From positions 12,407 to 76,406 of the forward strand of contig CALXAT010000003.1 of the NCBI GenBank assembly GCA_944386365.1: 64,000 bases of DNA, written 5' to 3'. Under the pieces are notes generated by a model. It made no database searches. It saw only the letters and a list, made by a program, of their open reading frames with translations, and was not told the origin of the DNA. The stretch is from an uncultured Clostridia bacterium. Its GTDB lineage: Bacteria > Bacillota > Clostridia > TANB77 > CAG-508. Made by a program: the position numbers and the translations under genes. Positions 17,379-25,206 of this stretch are shown here, piece after piece (the stretch's first letter is position 1; the number at the start of each line of letters is the position of its first letter).

Positions 17379-18743
17379 TTATTTTAATTTTTTCTCAATT
17401 AAATCTGCTATTTCTCTTGCTCTTTTGGTTATGTATTCTTGATTTTCCCCTTCAATCATAACTCTAACTAAAGGTTCTGTTCCTGATGGTCTTATCAATA
17501 CTCTTCCATTTCCATCAAATTCTTTTTCTAAATTTTGAATAGCATTTTTTATATCCTCATCTTTTTCATAGTCATATTTTTTATTGGCATTTACTTTTGC
17601 ATTAATTAATACTTGTGGATATAATTTTATGATACTTGCTAGTTCAGATGCTTTTTTATCTTCTTCTAATATAGTTTGTATCAACATTAAAGAAGTTAAA
17701 ATTCCATCTCCTGTTGGATTATAATCTAGTAATATAATGTGTCCAGATTGTTCTCCTCCTAAATTATATCCTTCTTTTAGCATTTCTTCTAATACATATC
17801 TATCTCCAACTTTTGTTTGTATTAATTGTAATCCATTTTTTTCAGCATATTTATTTAATCCTAAATTACTCATAACTGTTGCAACAATTGTATCTTTGTT
17901 TAGTTTTCCTTTTTTTCTTAGACTTGAAGATATAATTGCCAATAATTTATCCCCATCAATTTCATTGCCTTTTTCATCTATTGCTAAACATCTATCTCCA
18001 TCACCATCATAAGCAATTCCTAAACTTAATTTATGATCTACTACATATTTTTTTAAGTTTTCTAAATGTGTAGAACCACAATTATCATTAATGTTAATAC
18101 CATCTGGATGATTATTAATGATTTCATAATGAATTCCTAAATCCTTAAAAACTTTTTCTGCCACTACTGAAGTAGCACCATTTGCTGTATCTATCGCAAC
18201 TACAAAATCATCTTTTAAATGTTTTTCAATATTATCATCAAAATGTTTTCTAAAGAAATATACATATTCATTTATTAAATCAAAACAATATTCTGCTATT
18301 CCAATTTTTTCGTTCTTTGCTGTTAATTCTTCTAATCTTCCTGAATCCATCACTTCTTCTATTTCTTCTTCTAATGCGTCTGGTATTTTCATTCCTTTAT
18401 TACTAAAGAATTTTATTCCATTAAATTCAAATGTATTATGTGATGCAGATATAACAACACTGGCATCTGCTTTTAATTTTCTTGTTAAATATGCAACAGC
18501 TGGTGTTGGTATAACACCTAACAATTTAACATTTGCACCATAACTTAAAAAACCTGCTGTCATAGCACTTTCTATTAGAGTCCCTGATATACGTGTATCT
18601 CTTCCTATTAAAATTGTTGGTGTATGGTCTGTATGTTTTGATAATACATATGCCCCTGCTTTTGCAACTTTATATACTAATTCTGGCGTTAATTCTGTAT
18701 TTGCTATCCTTCTAATTCCATCTGTTCCAAAATATTTTCTCAT
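17379..18743 (-). CDS. glmM: Phosphoglucosamine mutase
   Basis: 454 aa. Has the start MRKYFGTDGIRR, the phosphoserine loop SASHN, and DGDGDR. Confidence 0.95.
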   Translation of the reverse strand: MRKYFGTDGIRRIANTELTPELVYKVAKAGAYVLSKHTDHTPTILIGRDTRISGTLIESAMTAGFLSYGANVKLLGVIPTPAVAYLTRKLKADASVVISASHNTFEFNGIKFFSNKGMKIPDALEEEIEEVMDSGRLEELTAKNEKIGIAEYCFDLINEYVYFFRKHFDDNIEKHLKDDFVVAIDTANGATSVVAEKVFKDLGIHYEIINNHPDGININDNCGSTHLENLKKYVVDHKLSLGIAYDGDGDRCLAIDEKGNEIDGDKLLAIISSSLRKKGKLNKDTIVATVMSNLGLNKYAEKNGLQLIQTKVGDRYVLEEMLKEGYNLGGEQSGHIILLDYNPTGDGILTSLMLIQTILEEDKKASELASIIKLYPQVLINAKVNANKKYDYEKDEDIKNAIQNLEKEFDGNGRVLIRPSGTEPLVRVMIEGENQEYITKRAREIADLIEKKLK

Positions 18744-18834
18744 ATTTTTACTTCCTTTCTATAAATCAATATCTTTTTATTTTATTAAATTTTTAATATT
18801 AATTCATATTATTCTAATTTGTTTACTATATTCT

Positions 18835-19617
18835 CTATTTTTTAAAATTCATTATAATTTTTTCTTTTAATGTTAGTTTAAAATCTAATGGTTCCTCTAT
18901 TTCAATCTTTTTATTACGTAATACTAATTTAGGATTGGTTGTTGTTAATTCTTCTAATTTTTCTTCCCCTATAATATTGGCAATTTCATCTAATATCTTT
19001 GGTATTCTTGGATAAATTGTATTTTGTCTATGAACGTCAGATCCCAAAAAATGTATCATATTATTCTCAAAGAATTTTTTTACAATCATTTGTGCTTTTT
19101 CACCATATTGCCCTATGATACTTCCATAATTTGCTTGCATTAGAACACCCTTTTCAATTAAATCATATACTAAATCAGGATCTTTTTGTACAAAGCTATA
19201 TCTTTCTGGATGTGCTAATATAGGAACTAATTTATATTGTAACATATCATATATGACATCATATAAATTCATAGGCTCTGCATTTAATGGTAACTCAAAT
19301 AAAACATAACTTGTATCATTAATTGTTGATGCCTTTCTTTTTTCTAACAATTCTATAATATTATCTGTAAAATATATTTCATTTCCTAAATATAAATTGG
19401 TATCTATATTTTTTGTTTTTAAATTTTCTAAAATTGCTTTTACCCATACTTCCCTTTCTGGGACATCTGTTTCATAATAATTTTCCATATAATGTGAAGT
19501 AGAAATAATTGCCTCAAACCCAGCCTTTTCTGCTTCTTTGATTAAATTAAATGTTTCTTCTATACTTCTTGAACCATCATCTATATTTGGTAATATATGT
19601 GAATGAAAATCTATCAT
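18835..19617 (-). CDS. cpsB: Capsule tyrosine-protein phosphatase, PHP family (CpsB/YwqE type)
   Basis: 260 aa. Has the start MIDFHSHILPNIDDGS and later SDVH / AHPERY motifs. Confidence 0.9.
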   Translation of the reverse strand: MIDFHSHILPNIDDGSRSIEETFNLIKEAEKAGFEAIISTSHYMENYYETDVPEREVWVKAILENLKTKNIDTNLYLGNEIYFTDNIIELLEKRKASTINDTSYVLFELPLNAEPMNLYDVIYDMLQYKLVPILAHPERYSFVQKDPDLVYDLIEKGVLMQANYGSIIGQYGEKAQMIVKKFFENNMIHFLGSDVHRQNTIYPRIPKILDEIANIIGEEKLEELTTTNPKLVLRNKKIEIEEPLDFKLTLKEKIIMNFKK

Positions 19618-19761
19618 TTTTTCTTTTGCTCCTTTTTTGTTAATTTATAGCGTCTCTATTAGTATACATTTAACTTAAAAATTTTTCAATATGTATTTAA
19701 AATTTTGTTTAAATTTGACGATTTTTGTAATCTGTTTTTATACTATCCTGTTCTATTTTTA

Positions 19762-19803
19762 CTATAAAAATAGGAACTATCTAAAATAGACAGCTCCTAT
19801 TTA
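19762..19803 (-). terminator. Hairpin between the BY-kinase and phosphatase genes (weak terminator or attenuator)
   Basis: AATAGGAACT (19769-19778) / AGCTCCTATT (19792-19801) with one mismatch; T-rich on the minus strand. Confidence 0.35.
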
Positions 19804-19811
19804 TTTTTATT

Positions 19812-20801
19812 TTATGTTTTATTATTTAAATTCTTTTTTTCTTTGTCCAAATACTCATTAATTTGATTTAATATATCTGTTGTTTTCTCTATAGAAACGC
19901 CACCTTCATCTTTTATATTAATTTTATTTTGTAATGCCTTTGGAACTTCCTCATTTTTTCGTTCCACTTCTCGAGCATTTCTTGTTGACTGAGGATTTTC
20001 TGGTCTTACTCTTTTTTTCATTTCTTCTATTTTATTTTGTCTAGATCCAGAATTTCTAATTAATGGAGAACTTTTGATATTTCTATTTTTTGTACTCGTC
20101 ATAGTGGTAGAACCATAATAATATGATTTTTCATATTTTCTAGCAGATATTGGTATTTTATTTAATACGACTCCAGCAATTTTTCCTCCAACATTTTGAA
20201 TATTCGTAACAATCTTCTTCAAATCATCTTTTTTCGTTTGCTTATATGCTGTAACAATAATCGTAGAATCCACTATTCTTGAAAGAATAATCGCATCTGT
20301 TACTAATTCACATGGTGTTCCATCAATAATAATGATATCACATATTTCTTTTAACCTATCTAATAAATTAACCATTTTGGTTGAAATCAACAATTCTGAT
20401 GGATTTGGTGGGATATTTCCTGCTGGTATTATATATAAATTAGGTACTTGTGTATCTTGTATATAATCTGCTAAATCTTCTGATACTTCTTCACCTTCAT
20501 CCATATTTACGCCTGATAAATAATTAGATAATCCTGGTCTTGGAGCTACATCAAATATGGTATATTGTCTACCTTTTCTCATATCTGCATCAATTAAAAT
20601 AACACGTTTTCCTGCTTGTGCAAAAATAACGGCTAAATTTGATGTTACCCAACTTTTTCCTTCTCCTGGTAAAGTTGATGTTACTAACAATGTTTTTAAC
20701 TTATTGTTTGTATTCATAAACTGTATATTGGTTCTCAATGTTCTAAAAACTTCTGAAACAGGAGACTTCGGATCTCTATGTGCTATTAATTCTTTCTTCA
20801 T
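19812..20801 (-). CDS. cpsD: Capsule BY-kinase (CpsD/YwqD type) with a C-terminal extension of about 100 aa
   Basis: 329 aa. Has Walker A STLPGEGKS, Walker A'/B-like VILIDADMRK and IIIDGTP, and the tyrosine cluster KSYYYG. A Lys/Arg/Asn/Glu-rich tail follows. Confidence 0.88.
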   Translation of the reverse strand: MKKELIAHRDPKSPVSEVFRTLRTNIQFMNTNNKLKTLLVTSTLPGEGKSWVTSNLAVIFAQAGKRVILIDADMRKGRQYTIFDVAPRPGLSNYLSGVNMDEGEEVSEDLADYIQDTQVPNLYIIPAGNIPPNPSELLISTKMVNLLDRLKEICDIIIIDGTPCELVTDAIILSRIVDSTIIVTAYKQTKKDDLKKIVTNIQNVGGKIAGVVLNKIPISARKYEKSYYYGSTTMTSTKNRNIKSSPLIRNSGSRQNKIEEMKKRVRPENPQSTRNAREVERKNEEVPKALQNKINIKDEGGVSIEKTTDILNQINEYLDKEKKNLNNKT

Positions 20802-21532
20802 TATCTTCTACCTCCCCTTTTCTTTAGCTTTTCCATTTCCATATCATATATTGGTATAGAAGCCAATACCGGAACTTTTACATATTTTTCTATATCTTCT
20901 TGTGTTTTTACAGTTGTATCTAGCATATTTGCAATTAATACATACATGACTGCTATAACTACTCCCATAACAGTAAATATTGCTACATCTTTCATGTGAT
21001 TAATATTGGAAGGCTCATCTTCAACGGTTGCTTCATCTACTATGTATACATTGTTTATTTTATAGATTTCTCCCGCTATTTTTTCTTTAAATACATTTGC
21101 TATTTCATTTGCTATTTTCGCTGCATATTCAGGATTTTCATTTGATACGGTTATTTCTATTAATTCTGTATCTTCAACTGATGTAACTTGTACATTTTTT
21201 CTTAACTCGTCCTCATCTACTGGAATTCCAAGATTTGCAATAACTTGTCCTAATATATTCTTGCTTTTTACTAATTCACTATATGTTGCAACCAATTTTG
21301 AGTTAATTGTTAAATCTGTTGTTGTAATTGTTTCTGTTGTTTGATCATCTGGATTACTACTATTTTCTGTTCCTGCCAATACTAGGGTTGTTGATGAACT
21401 ATACATTGGTGTTGTAAATCCTACTGTATATATAATGCCAATAACCATAAATATTAGTATAATTAATATGATTTGAACTTTTTTATTCCAAAACATTTGA
21501 AAAAGTTCTTTTAAGTCTAATTCTTCCATCAT
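20801..21532 (-). CDS. cpsC: Chain-length determinant / BY-kinase modulator (Wzz, CpsC/YwqC type)
   Basis: 243 aa with two TM helices flanking an extracellular Wzz-like domain. There is a 1-nt overlap with cpsD. Confidence 0.85.
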   Translation of the reverse strand: MMEELDLKELFQMFWNKKVQIILIILIFMVIGIIYTVGFTTPMYSSSTTLVLAGTENSSNPDDQTTETITTTDLTINSKLVATYSELVKSKNILGQVIANLGIPVDEDELRKNVQVTSVEDTELIEITVSNENPEYAAKIANEIANVFKEKIAGEIYKINNVYIVDEATVEDEPSNINHMKDVAIFTVMGVVIAVMYVLIANMLDTTVKTQEDIEKYVKVPVLASIPIYDMEMEKLKKRGGRR

Positions 21533-21618
21533 TTCCTCCTTTTATTTTTTTGTTTTTTATCTTTTGATTCATACCTTATTAGTATACAATTTTATATGTA
21601 TTTTTGCAATATTTTTGT

Positions 21619-21653
21619 CTAAAAAAGGTAAGATATTTAATATATCTTACCTT
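21619..21653 (-). terminator. Rho-independent terminator closing the HTH-ATPase-HNH cassette
   Basis: Perfect 12-bp stem AAGGTAAGATAT (21625-21636) / ATATCTTACCTT (21642-21653) with a 5-nt loop, followed on the minus strand by TTTTTT. Confidence 0.8.
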
Positions 21654-21744
21654 AAAAATATGGTTTATAATTGTTTTTCTAATGATTTTGACCTTTTTAT
21701 GACTTTTATTGTCAGTATGCAAACAAACTTGTTTCATAATTTAG

Positions 21745-22752
21745 TTATGAAATATTTTCATCAAATAACGTATCTATAATATCATTTTTTAATTTACTTA
21801 AGGATACATTTTTTATTTCTTCTTTAGATGTATATCCTAAAATAAATTTTAATACATTTTCATCTTGCGAAATTGTTGTTCCTAATCTTTGATTATATAC
21901 ATCTATAATTTTCTCATTCATACTCTTGTGCTTTTGAATAATATTTTTAACAACATTCCTATGTGCTCCATCATATATTTCTTCTATATTTAATATCCTT
22001 GCATTCTTTAAAAATCTCCCATATTTATCTTCCATATCTTCCTTTTGTATTTTTATTTTGTAATCTGGCAATTCATAAGTAAATACTTTTTTATCTTCTA
22101 CCCCTTCTTCAAATGGGTACATATTTATATCATAATGAAAACTTTTTTCTCTCTTTTTTTGATTACAAATTTTACAAGATGGTATTAAATTATATAGTGA
22201 TAATGCAAATATAGGATATTCTGATTTTGAATAATAATGGTCAAAATCAGGTCTAATAACTTTATTTTTTCCTTTCATTATTGTATTGGTATACTCTCTA
22301 TTACAATAAGGACAAACATTCACATTTAAAATGCTCATAATTTCATATGCCATATTGCCTTTAGATATTATCTCTCCATAATTAAATATATCTCTTAATA
22401 AATAATTCATTATTTTTTGTTCAAAAGAAAACTCTAATTTCACACCTCTTTTAGGAATTAATTTTTCAAACGTTTCTGCATATTGATCATATATATTTAA
22501 GATTGTTTTCATATCACCGCTTATCAATTGCTCTAAATCATTTTTTATCCTTGTATTTAAAAAGGTATTTGCTTCTTTTATAAATTCATCTATTTCTGTT
22601 ATTTTTTCCTTATTCTTCGTTCTTCTTTTATTTATAATTTTTTCTTTGTCATGCACTTGTTTCTTTGTAATTTTGTTAATAACTACTTTTGGCTTTATTT
22701 TTTGTGTATATTGTTCTATATTATAGGTATTCATTGGATTAATTTTTATCAT
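21745..22752 (-). CDS. HNH endonuclease (PtuB / TIGR02646-like) with a Lys-rich N-terminal region and a C-terminal helical extension
   Basis: 335 aa. The motif is C147-P-Y-C150 ... D171-H172 ... N188 ... C193-K-I-C196-N197 (CxxC..DH..N..CxxCN). The start overlaps the ATPase stop by 14 nt. An alternative ATG at 22734 lies 4 nt after that stop. Confidence 0.8.
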   Translation of the reverse strand: MIKINPMNTYNIEQYTQKIKPKVVINKITKKQVHDKEKIINKRRTKNKEKITEIDEFIKEANTFLNTRIKNDLEQLISGDMKTILNIYDQYAETFEKLIPKRGVKLEFSFEQKIMNYLLRDIFNYGEIISKGNMAYEIMSILNVNVCPYCNREYTNTIMKGKNKVIRPDFDHYYSKSEYPIFALSLYNLIPSCKICNQKKREKSFHYDINMYPFEEGVEDKKVFTYELPDYKIKIQKEDMEDKYGRFLKNARILNIEEIYDGAHRNVVKNIIQKHKSMNEKIIDVYNQRLGTTISQDENVLKFILGYTSKEEIKNVSLSKLKNDIIDTLFDENIS

Positions 22753-24673
22753 ATTTATCTCTCATTTCATTAATATTATTTCTTATTAGATTTTCACCTA
22801 TCTCATCTATCATTTTTATATCATCTGCTGTAATGTCTTTATTCTTTATTTTTCCAATAAGATTTCTTATTTTCTCTTCTGAAAATGCTCCAATTGTATC
22901 CTCCATGAAATATTTATCTAATAGCAAATATAGTATATTCCCTGCAAAAGTTCTTTCATTTTCTTGTTTTCCTAATGTTATAACACTATCCTTTTTTAAG
23001 TCTGACAATACATATGGAGAATTTGAAGTAAATATAATTTGAATATTACGGTCTGCATAATTTGTATTAAAAAACTTAATAATTAAATAGATTAACTTTC
23101 TTTGCCATTCTGGATGAAAATATAAGTCTGGTTCATCTAAAATGATTAATAAGTTTTTATTTGTACCTATCTTATCATTATGAATTGCTACGTAAAAACT
23201 TGAATAGAGATTTAACAAGGCTTGTTCTCCTGAACTCAAACCTTTAAATTCAATATTAAACATATTTAGAAGATTTTTATCATGCTTCACTATATCACAA
23301 AACATTTTGATTTGCTTTTTTGAAAGAAGTATAATGGGTATAAAACTTTTTAATATCGTATCTTTTTTCAAATTAGATTCTTTTGAAAATAATTCATTAC
23401 AGATTATTTCTGTTTCGTTTGCATCAATTATTTTCTTTAAATTTTCAATCGTTTTTATGTATTTTTTATTGATTCCTGTAAAAAATTGATTCCATTCATC
23501 CATCCATGAATTTATAGTTTCTGTCCTATATGTCTTTTGACATATCGCTCGCAATTTATTTTGATTTAGTTTGATTATTTTATCTAAAAATGATAAAAAC
23601 ATTTTTTCTGGCTCATCATCTTGTATTTCATTTAATATTTCTTTCATATATGCAATAATGAGATTTGTATTCATTTCATTATATAATTCTTCAAAAAACT
23701 GATCGATTAGTATGAATTGCACTGTATAAATAACTTTTTCTTTATCTTTAGTATTTATTATCTTTTCTAATAACTTTTCATAAATTTGTTTTTCTTTATC
23801 ACTTGGTTCTATGTCTAAATGTCCTACTAATTTTTCATTTTTGTCATCTATTTTTTTTCTGAAGTATCTTAATTCATCTAATGAAGATTCAAACATCCCC
23901 ATTTGATTATAACATTTCGGAACCATTGTCAAATTCTCAAAATTAAATATTCTATCTTCATTTAAGTATACTAAGTTTCGTATTGTCATTTCTTTTTTAG
24001 CTTCTTGTATATTTTGAGAATATAAAAATCTTTCATCTATATATTGTTCATTAATAAGACCTCTATTTAATAGCCTTTGTGTATTCCCGTACTTTTTATA
24101 TATAGCTTCTTCTAATGAAACATTAATAAAGTGATTATTGAATTTAGACGGTAGAATTTGCCTATTTCGTATATTTAATACATTTGAGGAATAGATGGTT
24201 GTCATTTTATCTGTTACTGATTTACAAATACTATCAGCTGTTTCTCTCTGTTCATATGATATTATTTTAGGTTTTTCTTCACATTCTATTTGTATGTTCT
24301 TTGCTAATTCTTTTTCTAAATATATTTTAAATTTATTTTCATGCTTAAGTACTAAAATAAAATTATAATTTTTATAATGATTTGTAAATAATATTTGTGT
24401 AAGTAAATGTAATAAAACAGATTTTCCCGAACCATTTTTTCCTATTATCGCTGTTATATTTGATATATTTCCATTTTCTTTTAAATTATAAAAATTTGGT
24501 ATATAATTTTCATTTTTAATGATTTTCAATCTTTTATTTTTATAGCTTATTCTATATTTGTCAGAAAAATTAAAATCTGTCTTTGAAAGATTTTTACTCG
24601 TTTCTTTTGATATTTCATAATTTTCTATATTTTCTTCTAATCTAAAATAACATAATTCTATTTCATTTTCCAT
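22739..24673 (-). CDS. Large ABC/SMC-type ATPase (PtuA / AAA_15-AAA_21-like)
   Basis: About 644 aa. Walker A GKNGSGKS is at ORF-track residues 80-87. A helical insert of about 390 aa follows, then signature-like GLSSGEQ (480), Walker B LLIILDEPD, and IIFTSNSP (H-loop region). The ATG at 24673 lies 8 nt after GGAG; the ORF track starts at a TTG at 24679. Confidence 0.8.
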   Translation of the reverse strand: MENEIELCYFRLEENIENYEISKETSKNLSKTDFNFSDKYRISYKNKRLKIIKNENYIPNFYNLKENGNISNITAIIGKNGSGKSVLLHLLTQILFTNHYKNYNFILVLKHENKFKIYLEKELAKNIQIECEEKPKIISYEQRETADSICKSVTDKMTTIYSSNVLNIRNRQILPSKFNNHFINVSLEEAIYKKYGNTQRLLNRGLINEQYIDERFLYSQNIQEAKKEMTIRNLVYLNEDRIFNFENLTMVPKCYNQMGMFESSLDELRYFRKKIDDKNEKLVGHLDIEPSDKEKQIYEKLLEKIINTKDKEKVIYTVQFILIDQFFEELYNEMNTNLIIAYMKEILNEIQDDEPEKMFLSFLDKIIKLNQNKLRAICQKTYRTETINSWMDEWNQFFTGINKKYIKTIENLKKIIDANETEIICNELFSKESNLKKDTILKSFIPIILLSKKQIKMFCDIVKHDKNLLNMFNIEFKGLSSGEQALLNLYSSFYVAIHNDKIGTNKNLLIILDEPDLYFHPEWQRKLIYLIIKFFNTNYADRNIQIIFTSNSPYVLSDLKKDSVITLGKQENERTFAGNILYLLLDKYFMEDTIGAFSEEKIRNLIGKIKNKDITADDIKMIDEIGENLIRNNINEMRDKYDKN

Positions 24674-24770
24674 TAACAATTCTCCTATCTATAAATTCTC
24701 TATAAAATTATTTTATTACTTCTTCTCGATATTCTAGTATTTCTTTATCATATATCGTTTGTAAATTTAG

Positions 24771-24992
24771 TCAAAATGTAGATTTTACTCCAAATACATA
24801 TTCTAAAGCCTTGGCAAACTTAGGTGAAATTTCTTTTTCTCCATTTATAACTTCACTAACGTGTTTGGCAGAAAAAACCGTTCTTTCTGCCAACTCTTCT
24901 TGATTCATATTATTTTCTTCTAATTTTTCTTTTATACTTATTCCTGGATGTATAATAAAATCAAGTGATACACCAGTTATATTTGTGTGCAT
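24771..24992 (-). CDS. HigA/VapI-type XRE-family HTH protein (73 aa) with no partner toxin
   Basis: The pattern IIHPGISIKEKLEENNMNQEELAERTVFSAKHVSEVINGEKEISPKFAKALEYVFG matches the HigA antidote HTH pattern (HPGE.L.E...s...lA....v....i..i..g...it...A..L...fG). It is the first gene of the cassette. Confidence 0.75.
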   Translation of the reverse strand: MHTNITGVSLDFIIHPGISIKEKLEENNMNQEELAERTVFSAKHVSEVINGEKEISPKFAKALEYVFGVKSTF

Positions 24993-25103
24993 AATAATCC
25001 ATTACTCCTCTCACTATTTTTAATATCTTAATCGGTCGTTTTTCAATTATACTATTCTATTTTAAATTTTGCTCTCTTTTCCGTCATTTTTATCTATTTG
25101 ATA

Positions 25104-25132
25104 ATTATACCATCTTTTTTCCTAATTGTCAT
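25104..25132 (-). promoter_or_regulatory. Sigma-A promoter of the HTH-ATPase-HNH cassette
   Basis: Minus strand: ATGACA (25132-25127), 17-nt spacer, TGgTATAAT (25112-25104). Confidence 0.55.
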
Positions 25133-25170
25133 TATTTTATCCATTTATATTTTCATTGTATATTCACACA

Positions 25171-25204
25171 ATAAAAAGCAAAAAATGTAGGAAATTTCCT
25201 ACAT
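25171..25204 (-). terminator. Rho-independent terminator of the beta-helix protein gene
   Basis: Perfect palindrome ATGTAGGAAATTTCCTACAT (25185-25204) 2 nt after the stop, followed on the minus strand by TTTTTGCTTTTT. Confidence 0.8.
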
Positions 25205-25206
25205 TT

